Below, one piece after another: positions 30,501 through 39,933 of a DNA stretch of 64,000 nt. Position numbers and translations under genes: made by a program. Position 1 is the stretch's first letter. Every line of letters starts with the position of its first letter. This DNA comes from Candidatus Cloacimonadales bacterium (GTDB taxonomy: Bacteria > Cloacimonadota > Cloacimonadia > Cloacimonadales > JAFGVF01), in contig CAXXOU010000003.1 of assembly GCA_963677495.2 (NCBI GenBank), positions 256,001 through 320,000 of the forward strand, read 5' to 3'. The notes beneath the pieces were generated by a model that was not told the origin of the DNA, ran no database searches, and worked only from the letters and a program-made list of their open reading frames with translations.

Positions 30501-30744
30501 GTTCAATCCAACTACAACCATTAAATTTGAACTCAATAAGGGTTCAGTAGTTAGTTTAGATATATATAATATTAAAGGACAGAGAATTAGCTCTTTAACT
30601 CAGAAGTATCATATCCCCGGCACACATAATTACACCTGGAATGGTATTGATAACAGCAATAAAGCTGTTCCAAGCGGTATATACTTCTACAAACTAAAAG
30701 CCGGAACATACACCAAAACAAGAAAGATTGTACTAATCAAATAG
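27568..30744 (+). CDS. Multidomain adhesin-like secreted protein D (short paralogue)
   Basis: EVEPNN N-terminus as in B. No MAM domain. Cleaved-adhesin domain and CTD. Start may be ATG 27574. Confidence 0.85.
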   Translation: MTMTFLKGFFVFLFICTAFVLCAVNEVEPNNAYNDFGVQTIIDGDHTGTVNPGELDFWKFWSVSGDFVTISCVNNQTNFDSYLYLYDTSGINQLASNDDANGTVQSEIQYQMTTTGYHYFAMAGFGQSSGNYLVSLSGSSPNDPDMPGDLLNPSPYDGALNLDPSNITLSWDFGANTETYDLYIGTVANPNILVLQDEPAGLTASYTPTNLQLDTLYLWRVVAKNSISQYDNEVTWSFRTQTAANIVQVGDDDNMQTTDLPIVSYGYSSFTQTIYTSDELGDPGLVAAIGYQYSGNMGMTNCEDWTIYIGHTTVNGYTSESSWIPVNTLQEVFSGVVSPTTNEGWVTIDLDNAFFYNGVDNLVVSVYEDTPGSGQAQDRFYKSDSNMTKSMVKVSVSEPMLDPFNLGSADYYQTFFPNTRFTINRDIAGAYVLAFPFEHDWGLVDVGTTTQAETVTITNYGETTATINNPPTLLGDFVDQFTLTDSNVYPIALETLDSITLDVCFNPTSGGYKSTELSLSHDWQGSTEIIVPFQGRGLVYDSNNTPSNATELQLVVEDMLCAIEPAGDIDFYSFFQTAPAEISIFTEANDFSGINPEMYLYGPFNSIPNSVTAEDCIMACDDFNGSLHPRIDMNINDSGFYIVRIASYDNFPDSRTSHIGEYLLTVLSDNIQPPGYLEPPTNITAMNQTDCIQLNWELPLNGNPSGYYVFRDGVRLNNDLITTLSYSDYNVNNNVEYEYYLTAFYNSYYAESIPSDTLAVTFIPGGAGYLSDNFEGYENFLLQFGNWITVDGDGENTLGFTNGVDFASEEQPMAFTVFNQLATTPPISFAPAYSGDKALASFAPQNGARNDWLISEEIALSDTSAFVSFYGRTVFPQYGAEQFKAYVITDYTNPDNPIMDCISGNTSIELPADWCYYGFDLDEYLGQNIRIALLLNTESGFMAMLDDFRVTVEGVATETVEAVQSTSIVKNLSSYPNPFNPTTTIKFELNKGSVVSLDIYNIKGQRISSLTQKYHIPGTHNYTWNGIDNSNKAVPSGIYFYKLKAGTYTKTRKIVLIK

Positions 30745-30772
30745 ATTTCCGCCTTCCTTATATGTCACACTT

Positions 30773-30800
30773 AACCCGGAGCTGAATGGCTCCGGGTTTT
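30773..30800 (+). terminator. Rho-independent terminator
   Basis: AACCCGGAGC-TGAATG-GCTCCGGGTTTT. Confidence 0.8.
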
Positions 30801-30828
30801 GTAGTTATTTACTAATTCACCACTCTCT

Positions 30829-30970
30829 TAGTGCTCCCGAATAATTCCTGGTAGACACTTGGCAAACCCTTGGTAAACACTTGGCCTATCCTTGGCCTAA
30901 TTACCAAGAATGTTACAGGTTAATGCCAGGGTTTTGCTAGCTTGAGATCAATTATTACTGCTGACACAAG
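30829..30970. repeat. 142-bp palindromic element with CTTGG 11-bp array
   Basis: Ends TAGTGCTCCCGAATAAT / ATTACTGCTGACACAAG. Units CCTGGTAGACA, CTTGGCAAACC, CTTGGTAAACA, CTTGGCCTATC, CTTGGCCTAAT. Shares TCCTTGGCCTAATTAC with the reverse complement of 4103-4244. Confidence 0.85.
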
Positions 30971-31252
30971 AAAGGAAAGGGAAGTGAAGTATCTATAACA
31001 AACTAGTTTTAGTTAGAGAATACATTTCATGAGACTAGTGGCTCTGTAGGCTAGTGTTAAATCAAACACACTCCTTACTGAGCTCCTACATACTTCTTAT
31101 TTATTCTCCTAATTGCTAGCAACTTAGCTTAACAACAGCATCAAGCTTGATACAGGAAAGATTGTTGTTGGCATGAAATAATTATTATATTGACACAAAA
31201 ACTTACAGTGTTAAATAATGTAGTGTTAATGTAATTAACTATGGAGGTTCTT

Positions 31253-33547
31253 ATGAAAAAGATTGCTTTTGTTTGTCTAATACTACTTCCCATTGCATTA
31301 TTTGCAATTACATTGGAAGTATCATTAGATAATACAACATTTTTCTCTCGCATCCAAAATGCTGTTTCCATTGCAACAAATGGAGACACTATCCTTGTCC
31401 ATCCCGGTGTTTATTACGAAAACATTAGCTTGGAAGGAAAACATGGAATTACACTCGTTTCGTCCGGTGACGAATTTGACACAGTGATAGATGGTTCTAA
31501 TGGTAACCGTGGTTGTATTGGTTTGCTTAGTGGAGAAGAAAACATAATAATTTCAGGTTTTGAAATCCGTAATGGCTCAATTCCAGCAGATTATTCTTTG
31601 CCTTCAGGTGGCATTATGATGTCTGATGCAGATAATATAACCTTACAAAATTTAGTTATTCATCACAACTATAGCACTATAGGTGGTGGGTTATGTATTA
31701 CAGATTCTGAGTTTATAGCTTTATCAAATGTTGTAGTTAGGGATAACACTGCAATCTTAAGAGGTGGTGGAGTTTACCAATCTGACAACACCAATATTCA
31801 ATATGACATGATGAATAGATGCAGTATTTATGATAATTATTCTGTGCTTGGAATGGATATCTACAGTAGAGATGTTTGTAATCTATATCTTGATACATTC
31901 TCATATCCTTACTACGGGGAAAATAATGCTTATGTCCAATATTATAACAACGATGCCAATGGTTTATCAGAAATCTTTATACAGAGCCCATTATATCAAT
32001 ATGTAACATCGTCTCTTTATCTTTCTCCCGATGGTGATGATGCTAACGATGGATTGACCCCTGAGACAGCTTTGCGAACTCCATGGGTTGCCTTTAGCAA
32101 GCTACCAGTACAAGTTAGTTCTAATCGTACAGTGTATTTTGCACCGGGTATATATAACAATACCAGAAATGGCATTGGTGTAGGGTTACATGTACCAGCC
32201 GGATTAACAATTCAAGGAGCAGGAAAAGAGGAGACAGTCATATCAATTGATAATTCCTATTATCGTGGATATGGGATGTATGTAAAACCAGATGCTTATA
32301 GAGTGGAAATTAACGATTTGACAATCAAGCAAACTAATGGTTCAGCACTTTATTGTTCTGGAGCAGAAGAGGTAATAGTGTCAAATGTTAGTTTTGAGGA
32401 CTGCCAGCATGCTTTCTACAGTTTTATTAGTATTGTTGGTGAAGACACACATGTTACATTTGATAACGTGACATTCCAAAACACCGTTAATAACCAGGAT
32501 GGTGGAGAGTTATTATGGATCGTAGGTTCAGAGGTAAGTTTAACTAATTGTCAGTTTAAGAATAATGTGATGGATATAAGCCAAGCCTGGGCTAATTACA
32601 TGATAAATATATCAGACTGTGATAGTGTATTAGTTAAAGACTGTTTGTTCATGAATAACGACACATATTACGAATACGGTGCAATGCAAATCGAAGGTTC
32701 TTCAATTGTTTGGGATAATAACCTATATACGAATAATATAACTCATACTACAGGGAATCTCTATTTCCGGGGAAGTGATGTTTATGTACTCAACTCTACT
32801 TTTTCAATGAACACTAGTTGCACATCAGATCATAACTTTCTTGATCTTATAGGACATAACAAACTAAGAGTTATTAATTGTATATCTGATAATAACACAC
32901 AGATTGATGAAATTGATTGTAGCTCAGATGACTTATTAATCGACTACTGTACATTTACTCGCCAATTTGCCTTATACGGGATTGATCCTGCAGATATAGG
33001 CAACAATGTTTATACACAAGTAGCTTTGGACCTTAATGGTGGTGACCCGGCAGATATGGACTTCTATCTATACAATGTTTCCAATCTAACTGATCCATCT
33101 ATTACAATTGATAATGGAACTACAGACTTATCTTATTTTTATCCGGGTTATATGTTCCCTACCTATGATGCAGTGGGGAACCCAAGAATCTACAATGGAA
33201 CAATAGATATCGGAGCACTTGAATTTTGTCCGGCAATGGAAGAAGACGATAACTCTTTAGCAGTGACCGGGAATCTCTTACAGGGTAACTTCCCCAATCC
33301 CTTCAACCCAACAACCACAATCAAGTTCAGCTTAGCGAAACAAGCCCAAGCTGACATTTCTATATACAATATCAAAGGACAGAGAGTTAGGACACTCACA
33401 GACAGGTCATATCAACAAGGAAAGCATGCTATTATCTGGGATGGAAAAGATGATAAAGGTAATAGCCTTAGTTCAGGGATTTACTTCTATAAGTTAAGGG
33501 TTGATAATCTGGATATATCAACAAGGAGATGCGTTTTGATGAAATAG
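31253..33547 (+). CDS. Secreted parallel beta-helix (DUF1565-like) protein with CTD
   Basis: GGAGG RBS. IQ.AV..A..GDTILVHPG.Y.E, SPDGDD.NDG.TPE.A and IDIGA.E motifs, plus CTD. Paralogue of 45735-48125. Confidence 0.85.
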   Translation: MKKIAFVCLILLPIALFAITLEVSLDNTTFFSRIQNAVSIATNGDTILVHPGVYYENISLEGKHGITLVSSGDEFDTVIDGSNGNRGCIGLLSGEENIIISGFEIRNGSIPADYSLPSGGIMMSDADNITLQNLVIHHNYSTIGGGLCITDSEFIALSNVVVRDNTAILRGGGVYQSDNTNIQYDMMNRCSIYDNYSVLGMDIYSRDVCNLYLDTFSYPYYGENNAYVQYYNNDANGLSEIFIQSPLYQYVTSSLYLSPDGDDANDGLTPETALRTPWVAFSKLPVQVSSNRTVYFAPGIYNNTRNGIGVGLHVPAGLTIQGAGKEETVISIDNSYYRGYGMYVKPDAYRVEINDLTIKQTNGSALYCSGAEEVIVSNVSFEDCQHAFYSFISIVGEDTHVTFDNVTFQNTVNNQDGGELLWIVGSEVSLTNCQFKNNVMDISQAWANYMINISDCDSVLVKDCLFMNNDTYYEYGAMQIEGSSIVWDNNLYTNNITHTTGNLYFRGSDVYVLNSTFSMNTSCTSDHNFLDLIGHNKLRVINCISDNNTQIDEIDCSSDDLLIDYCTFTRQFALYGIDPADIGNNVYTQVALDLNGGDPADMDFYLYNVSNLTDPSITIDNGTTDLSYFYPGYMFPTYDAVGNPRIYNGTIDIGALEFCPAMEEDDNSLAVTGNLLQGNFPNPFNPTTTIKFSLAKQAQADISIYNIKGQRVRTLTDRSYQQGKHAIIWDGKDDKGNSLSSGIYFYKLRVDNLDISTRRCVLMK

Positions 33548-33570
33548 CTTCAAATACAGACAAACGAGGA

Positions 33571-34275
33571 TTATTTAAACCGATGGAGAATAAAGTCGAG
33601 AAGTATATTAAATACACTTTGAATGCTAAACCATAATTTTATGCAATATGAAACTAGAACCTCGAATACCTTAGAATCATTTGAATTACTCTTTAATAAG
33701 GAAGGAACTACTTGATATACTATATAACCAAATGCAGAAGCTAAAAAAAACTTTGTCACACTTTGGGTTAATGTTTCATTTAGCACATTAACGTTAGAAT
33801 AAGCATCAATTTGCATAGTTTCCAAAGTATCAATATACTCGAACAGCAAGTAAACTTCGCTAATATCAATTGAAGTAAAATTTTTTCCGTTCAATTCTAA
33901 CAATATCTTTTGAATTTTTACGATTTGTGCTTGATATTCCTTAAAGCAATTATTTAAATGAACTCTATGATAAAATGGATATGCTTTTTTTAATCTTTTC
34001 ATTGAACTTATATGATAATCAATATAGTACTTTACTCCTAACAAATATCCACTCAAGGTTATTGATCTAGCACTATCTAAATACGAGATAATGTCTTTTT
34101 GCTTTTCAGCTGTCAATGCAAGTAAAAATGGGTCTTGAAAGTCTTTAGTAAATAGTAGCAGATCTCTTTTAGATTCTTTTGAATGAGAGAATTCTTCTGT
34201 TTGTATTTGTACATGAATCAATTTTTTGTTTAGCTCAATGATTTCTCTCAATTTAACAAGAGGGATATTATTCAT
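33571..34275 (-). CDS. Hypothetical helical protein with C-terminal hydrophobic segments
   Basis: AT-rich ORF with an AGGA RBS before ATG 34275. Lies directly downstream of the 34292 ORF. Confidence 0.65.
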   Translation of the reverse strand: MNNIPLVKLREIIELNKKLIHVQIQTEEFSHSKESKRDLLLFTKDFQDPFLLALTAEKQKDIISYLDSARSITLSGYLLGVKYYIDYHISSMKRLKKAYPFYHRVHLNNCFKEYQAQIVKIQKILLELNGKNFTSIDISEVYLLFEYIDTLETMQIDAYSNVNVLNETLTQSVTKFFLASAFGYIVYQVVPSLLKSNSNDSKVFEVLVSYCIKLWFSIQSVFNILLDFILHRFK

Positions 34276-34291
34276 TATTAATCCTATCAAA

Positions 34292-34912
34292 TTATTTTAA
34301 CAATGCAAAAATTAAAGCTATGATAGTAATTATTGCAATGGATTCTATACTGATAATTCTTTTTAACAAGGAATATCTTTTGATTTTTTTTGATTTCAAA
34401 TATAATGCTTCGAAACTATCAGCAATTTCATCAAACTTAGTGCGATAAGAAACTATTGGTTCATTTTTCCGTAGCGTTTCTTTTTTCTTTCTTATCGTAA
34501 CGATTTCTTTTAAAGTTGAAAAGTATAATCCTAAACTTATTCCATTTTCATCACATTGAGCATACATTTTGGGATACTTTTTAAAAACTCTCTCAATATT
34601 TAAGCCTGTCTCTCTTATGTAGCCATCAAAAATATCAGATTCTAATCTACGAAGATGTGATAATGATGCTTTGATTTCAGAATCGAATTTATCTTTATTA
34701 TTCTGATTAAGTAAGCAATCAAAAGCAAGAGTTATGTGATAGAATATGTGCTTATATTGGTTTAATGCTGCAACATTATTACTAATTGTGTATCTTTTGT
34801 CATAATCAAAACAAAAGATTCTAACTTTCGCATATAACTCACAAAAGTCATTGTAAGTATCACTTGTAATTAAAAAATCAAAGAGTTTTTTTTCATCCCA
34901 GTCCCCAGAAAT
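34292..34912 (-). CDS. Hypothetical protein with C-terminal TM helix; non-canonical or frameshifted start
   Basis: The frame stays open for about 120 codons upstream of the track's ATG at 34567. GGAGGT RBS precedes an in-frame ATT at 34912. An out-of-frame ATG (34896) precedes an A8 run. Confidence 0.6.
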   Translation of the reverse strand: MSGDWDEKKLFDFLITSDTYNDFCELYAKVRIFCFDYDKRYTISNNVAALNQYKHIFYHITLAFDCLLNQNNKDKFDSEIKASLSHLRRLESDIFDGYIRETGLNIERVFKKYPKMYAQCDENGISLGLYFSTLKEIVTIRKKKETLRKNEPIVSYRTKFDEIADSFEALYLKSKKIKRYSLLKRIISIESIAIITIIALIFALLK

Positions 34913-34936
34913 TGAATACCTCCGATAGTAGTTCTT

Positions 34937-35134
34937 TTAAGAAATACTATTTATAGCACCTCGAACAGAACCTACTGTTAAGTCAGCAGTTATAATAGAT
35001 TTCTTTTTATTCAGTTTTGAAGCTTTACCTAGCAAATTAGAATTCCTACGTTCAATAAAAGATCTTTCAATCGTTTTACGATTTTCTTGAAAACTATTAT
35101 TACTATCCCAATGTGTTCTCTTTTTTTTCATCAC
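34937..35134 (-). CDS. Small basic hypothetical protein
   Basis: AAGGAAGG RBS-like sequence upstream. Same frame as the downstream ORF. Confidence 0.35.
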   Translation of the reverse strand: MMKKKRTHWDSNNSFQENRKTIERSFIERRNSNLLGKASKLNKKKSIITADLTVGSVRGAINSIS

Positions 35135-35377
35135 AAAAACCTTCCTTTAAGATAAAGCAAACATTTACAATCAAATAGCTAGGTCAAGAAATAAATGTTT
35201 ATTATGACCTACAGGCTGATGGAAATCAAATCACCTATAAATCCATAAATAATTGTAGTTTCATATTTTGCAAGCTTTTTTTTGATTTTTTCCATTTTTT
35301 TAGTGATACCACTATTGCTTGCAATATATAAAGTTAGTAGTTTTCTGCAAAAACAGATGTATACTGCTAATAAATAC

Positions 35378-35408
35378 AAACGCCCTTCCTTTCCCAGGAA
35401 GGGCGTTT
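35378..35408 (-). terminator. Rho-independent terminator
   Basis: AAACGCCCTTCCT-TTCCC-AGGAAGGGCGTTT immediately after the 35415 stop. Confidence 0.75.
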
Positions 35409-35414
35409 AGTTAT

Positions 35415-35876
35415 TTAGTTACCATCGTAACTGTTTGTTAGATCATCATACTTACTGACCTTGGGCAAGAAACCATTATCAATGGCATCCTTAACTGTCT
35501 GAATCCCGATATCCAAGAGCTGGATATCAGCAAAGGTAACAGTCTTCAGGTCAATAGTAGGATCATCTTTGTGAACATTCCACCACATCTTCTGGTACAG
35601 AGCATAGAAGGTAGGTGGAACTGCATATTGATCAACGACATCGGTTTCATATCTCTGACAATAGGTTTTCAAGTCATCAACCCATCCGGAATCGAAACTG
35701 TCGTATACGATTCCAAGGTTTTTAGCAATGAGACCGATTGTCTGGTTCTGAGACGAGTAAGGTGGTGCAGCGTACTCTTTGGCAATGCATACTGCATCAT
35801 CATGCAAAGCCATGTAGGTTGTTTTGTCACGGGATCCGCTCCATGAAAGGAACGGGAAGCACATGTTAACTTTCAT
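35415..35876 (-). CDS. Small hypothetical protein, paralogue of 41242-41694 (possibly DUF6266-like)
   Basis: GGAGG RBS before MKVN. Shares IA..Y..P....N....AKNLG..Y.....G...DL..Y, KM, P..DLKT.T and LP.V with 41242-41694. Confidence 0.8.
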   Translation of the reverse strand: MKVNMCFPFLSWSGSRDKTTYMALHDDAVCIAKEYAAPPYSSQNQTIGLIAKNLGIVYDSFDSGWVDDLKTYCQRYETDVVDQYAVPPTFYALYQKMWWNVHKDDPTIDLKTVTFADIQLLDIGIQTVKDAIDNGFLPKVSKYDDLTNSYDGN

Positions 35877-35914
35877 TTTAGACCTCCTGGTCATTTGTAC
35901 TCATTAAGGCTAAT

Positions 35915-36035
35915 CGTAAAACGACTCTCCGGGTCGTTATTCCCCTCTCACAGAGGGGTGTCGTGTAACGACGGGGTGTTATCTCTTGGGTAGAGACAAC
36001 AAGTTACGTTAAACAACTCTCTAGGTCGTTATCCC
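35915..36035. repeat. REP-like composite palindromic repeat
   Basis: Reverse complement AACACCCCGTCGTTACACGACACCCCTCTGTGAGAGGGGAATAACGACCCGGAGAGTCGTTTTACG matches the repeat at 48162-48277. Confidence 0.8.
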
Positions 36036-36170
36036 CGGTTCCAATTAACCGAAAAAAATCTCTTCCTTAATAAGAGGTTGAAGGATCTGTCAGGAACTAC
36101 CACTGACGATTTACTAACTACATTTCGAGTTTTCAATGCATTGAGTTTCTATAGATTAGATTTAAAAAAA

Positions 36171-36240
36171 CATCTTTCATCATTCATTTTTCATCTTGCA
36201 TTCTTCATTCTTCATCTTGCATTTGTAATTTTGCATTTAT
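36171..36240. repeat. Degenerate 7-bp tandem repeat (TTCATCT/TGCATTC)
   Basis: CATCTTT CATCATT CATTTTT CATCTTG CATTCTT CATTCTT CATCTTG CATTTG. Confidence 0.7.
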
Positions 36241-36382
36241 TTTCTTCTCTCTATAACTATACTGGGGGAAAAATTGTTAGATTTTGTGAAAAGAGTGAAA
36301 ATTATTTATGAAATATATTTATCTTGACATAAGAAGAAATAATTTGGATTAATTTACTAAAATTATTGCTAGATGGGAAAGG

Positions 36383-37621
36383 ATGAATAAATATACATAT
36401 ATAGACTTGTTTGCTGGATGTGGAGGACTATCTTTGGGAATGAACCAATCAGGGTGGAAAGGTTTGTTTGCAGTTGAAAAGAGTCCATATGCATTTCTTA
36501 CTTTGAAAACTAATCTTATGAAGAAGTTAGATCACTTTAATTGGCCTGAATGGTTACCACAAACAGAACAAGATATAAACTCAATGCTTGAGAATCACAA
36601 AGAAGATTTATTAAAACTAAGGGGAAATATTGACTTAGTTGCAGGAGGTCCACCCTGCCAAGGATTCTCAACAGCAGGAAGAAGAATTGAAAGTGATAAT
36701 AGAAATCAGCTTATTGATTCTTACATAAGTTTCATCAGACTAGTTCAACCAAAATTAATTTTCTTTGAAAATGTAAGGGGATTTACTCAACGATTTAAAA
36801 AAAATAAATCGAATGGATTTAGATATTCAGAATATGTGAAAAAGGCATTAGAAAAGGATGGGACTGATTTTTCTGGTTATAAAGTTTATGGTGAATTGGT
36901 AGATTTCTCTGATTTTGGTGTACCCCAAAAGAGGACTAGATTTATACTAATTGGGATAAGAAAAGATTTCTCTAATGTACTTAATCCTGAGAACTTCTTT
37001 AACATTATTACAAAGAATAGAGAGTTTTTTTTCGCACAAAAATTGATTAACAAATCTACTTCAGTAAAAGATGCTATTTCAGACCTATACAAATCGAAGG
37101 TTAGGGTTGAATGTCCAGATTCGAAAAGTTTCGAAACAACCTGCTATACAAAAGAGGTTTCTCTATATCAAAAGTACTTGCGCAAAGATTATAAAAAGAG
37201 AATTCCAGATAGTCATAGGTTTACTAAACATGGGAAACAAACAATTTCTCTCTTTGAAAAATTGATAGAAAATGTACCCAAGGGTAGACGAATAAATCAA
37301 GAAATGAAAGAAAAGTTTGGGCTAAAGAAGCGAGGTTTAATTGTGCTTGACCCTAACAAACCCGCTCCGACAATTACTTCGCATCCAGATGACTATTTAC
37401 ATTATGGAACTCCAAGAATTCTAACAGTCAGAGAATGTGCAAGAATTCAGTCATTTCCTGATTGGTTTGAATTTAAAGCTAAATACACAACTGGGGGGAA
37501 ACAAAGGAAGCATGAAGTACCTAGATACACTCAAGTAGGAAATGCTATCCCTCCTCTTTTCAGTGAGCAAGCAGGAAATGCTCTAAAGGAAATGTTAGAT
37601 TATGAGCAAACAAACATTTAA
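36383..37621 (+). CDS. dcm: DNA (cytosine-5)-methyltransferase
   Basis: Motifs DLFAGCGG (I), GGPPCQGFS (IV), FENV (VI), Q.R.R (VIII), R.LTVRE.ARIQSF (IX), GNAIPP (X). Confidence 0.95.
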   Translation: MNKYTYIDLFAGCGGLSLGMNQSGWKGLFAVEKSPYAFLTLKTNLMKKLDHFNWPEWLPQTEQDINSMLENHKEDLLKLRGNIDLVAGGPPCQGFSTAGRRIESDNRNQLIDSYISFIRLVQPKLIFFENVRGFTQRFKKNKSNGFRYSEYVKKALEKDGTDFSGYKVYGELVDFSDFGVPQKRTRFILIGIRKDFSNVLNPENFFNIITKNREFFFAQKLINKSTSVKDAISDLYKSKVRVECPDSKSFETTCYTKEVSLYQKYLRKDYKKRIPDSHRFTKHGKQTISLFEKLIENVPKGRRINQEMKEKFGLKKRGLIVLDPNKPAPTITSHPDDYLHYGTPRILTVRECARIQSFPDWFEFKAKYTTGGKQRKHEVPRYTQVGNAIPPLFSEQAGNALKEMLDYEQTNI

Positions 37622-39932
37622 AATTAGTGCCGCACTTAAGGATCTAATAGGTCGAGAACTCATTACTGATGAGTTTGTTGCTGTTTTCGAGTTAGTTAAG
37701 AACTCTTATGATGCAAATGCTAAACTTGTAAAAATTGTTTTTGAGAACAATAGAGATAGTCAGAATACTAGATTACTTATTATCGATGATGGTAAAGGTA
37801 TGAATTTTATAGAACTTAAGAACAAATGGCTTTTCGTTGCATATTCTGCAAAAAAACTAGGGAAAGAGAATGAAGATTATCGTGATAAATTAGATTTTCA
37901 TCGATCCTTTGCAGGTGCAAAGGGTGTCGGAAGATTCTCATGTGATAGATTAGGAAAACATTTACGTTTGATTACAAAAAAGGATGAAAAGAAATCTAAA
38001 CTGGAAGAATTAATTGTAGATTGGGTAGATTTCGAGGGTGTAGATGATAAACAGTTTGCCAATATTGAAGTCAAACATTCAACTCTTTTAAATAATGAGT
38101 ATGAATTAGAACATGGTACTGTTCTTGAAATTTCTGGATTAAGAGATAATTGGAATAGAGATAGAATATTAAAACTAAAGAAATCATTGGTTAAACTTAT
38201 CAATCCTGAAAAAGACAATAGCAGTGATCAATTTGAAATATCTATTATCGCTAAAGATGAGTTAAAGAAAGATAAGGAAATACAGAGTAACATCCTAAAT
38301 AAGAAGAATCATTTTAGTAACATTGTCAATGGTTTCATCAAGAATATTGTGTTTGAAGCATTAGAGATAAAAACAACTAATGTATTAGTTCAAATCTCAC
38401 CTTGTGGTGAGTATATTGAAACAACTCTCCAAGATAGAGGAGATATCATATTTCACCTTAAGGAAGTAAATCCTTATACTGAATTAAGAAATATCAATGT
38501 TTACCTTTTCCAATTGAATAGAAGTGCTAAACTCACTTTTACAAGGCTTATGGGAATCCCATCAGTAGAGTATGGATCTGTTTTTGTGTACAAGAATGGT
38601 TTTAGAATCTATCCATATGGAGAAGTTGGGGAAGATCTTCTGCTTATTGATAGAAGAAAACAACAGGGTTATAATAGGTATTTAGGCACGAGAGACCTTA
38701 TCGGTCGTATAGAAATAATAGGTGAGCAACCAAATCTAAGGGAAACTACGAGTAGAGATGGAGGTTTATTTAAAACTAATGCCTATAATCAACTAGTAGT
38801 ATTTTTCAGGACTAAAGTTTTAGCTCGACTTGAGAACTATGTAGTGAATATTATCAAATGGGGCGACGAAAGAATCGAAAAAGATCAAAACGGCTATATA
38901 ATAAGTAAAAACCCTGAATTGTGGCCTGTAGATGTAAAGATTGATATTTTAGAGATGATAACAGGATTCATCAAATCAAAAGATGTTATTGATATAAGTT
39001 ATGATGATAATTTCTTAAACATAATCGAAAACAAAAAAACTAATAGTATCGATAAAAGCATTAGAAGAATTGAGTCAATCGCAAATAAATCAAAGAATAG
39101 AGAAGTTATAAAAGAAGCACGTAAAATTAAAAAAGCATTCGAAAGTGTTATTAATGACCAAAAAAAAGCCATTGATAAAGCAGATAATGCAGAAAAAGAG
39201 CTTCTCAAAAGCAAACGAGAACTGGAATATATTACAAGTCAGAATATCTTTTTAACTAATAATATTAGTGACAATTCAATTAGTCTACAAAGTATTCTTC
39301 ATCATATAGGGTTAACAACAAACTGGTTAAGATTAGATATAAAAAAACTTATAAAAGCTGTAGATGAAGATAAAGGTAAAGGGGAAATATTAAGAATTGT
39401 TAAGCGAATGAGCTATCAAAATGAAAAGATTACCTCATTTTCAAAGTATTTCAAAAAGATAAATTATGATTATCATTCCAAAAAGATGAAAGCAGATTTA
39501 ATCATATTTATTAATGAGTATATCGAAAATGTTTATAAACTTAGAGAGGATTTAGACAATAATAGAGAGTTGATTAATGTTTCAGTTCATAATCCTCATT
39601 TTCTTAAATTAGAGATGATTGTTAATCCTATAGATATTATCATTGTTATTGATAATTTAATAAGTAACTCTCAAAAGAATGATGCGAAACAAGTAGATGT
39701 TAAATGGAGGAAAAACAGCAATAATAATATTGAAATGTCTGTAAAAGATGATGGAATTGGTATTCAAGATAAGTTACTAAAAAGAATATTTGATTTTGGT
39801 TTCACAACTACTAGAGGTTCAGGCATTGGTCTGTACCATGTAAGAGATCTGTTATCCAAGATGAAGGCAGATATTTCAGTATGTAACGAGCATGAAAAGG
39901 GTGTTGAATTTATAATTGAATTTCGGAGGTAA
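37602..39932 (+). CDS. MORC/GHKL ATPase fused to a C-terminal histidine kinase (paraMORC-type)
   Basis: N-terminal GHKL motifs ELVKNSYDA, DDGKGM, GAKGVGRF and HGT. S5-like V.VYKNGFRIYPYG. Coiled coil. C-terminal H-box (ILHHI), DNLISNS, KDDGIGI, IFDFGFTT, GSGIGL. Overlaps dcm by 20 bp. Confidence 0.9.
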   Translation: MSKQTFKISAALKDLIGRELITDEFVAVFELVKNSYDANAKLVKIVFENNRDSQNTRLLIIDDGKGMNFIELKNKWLFVAYSAKKLGKENEDYRDKLDFHRSFAGAKGVGRFSCDRLGKHLRLITKKDEKKSKLEELIVDWVDFEGVDDKQFANIEVKHSTLLNNEYELEHGTVLEISGLRDNWNRDRILKLKKSLVKLINPEKDNSSDQFEISIIAKDELKKDKEIQSNILNKKNHFSNIVNGFIKNIVFEALEIKTTNVLVQISPCGEYIETTLQDRGDIIFHLKEVNPYTELRNINVYLFQLNRSAKLTFTRLMGIPSVEYGSVFVYKNGFRIYPYGEVGEDLLLIDRRKQQGYNRYLGTRDLIGRIEIIGEQPNLRETTSRDGGLFKTNAYNQLVVFFRTKVLARLENYVVNIIKWGDERIEKDQNGYIISKNPELWPVDVKIDILEMITGFIKSKDVIDISYDDNFLNIIENKKTNSIDKSIRRIESIANKSKNREVIKEARKIKKAFESVINDQKKAIDKADNAEKELLKSKRELEYITSQNIFLTNNISDNSISLQSILHHIGLTTNWLRLDIKKLIKAVDEDKGKGEILRIVKRMSYQNEKITSFSKYFKKINYDYHSKKMKADLIIFINEYIENVYKLREDLDNNRELINVSVHNPHFLKLEMIVNPIDIIIVIDNLISNSQKNDAKQVDVKWRKNSNNNIEMSVKDDGIGIQDKLLKRIFDFGFTTTRGSGIGLYHVRDLLSKMKADISVCNEHEKGVEFIIEFRR

Positions 39933-39933
39933 T

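Noticed and set aside
36078..36311. 77-aa hydrophobic ORF
   Set aside because: Its FHLAFFILHLAF run is simply the translation of the 7-bp tandem repeat.
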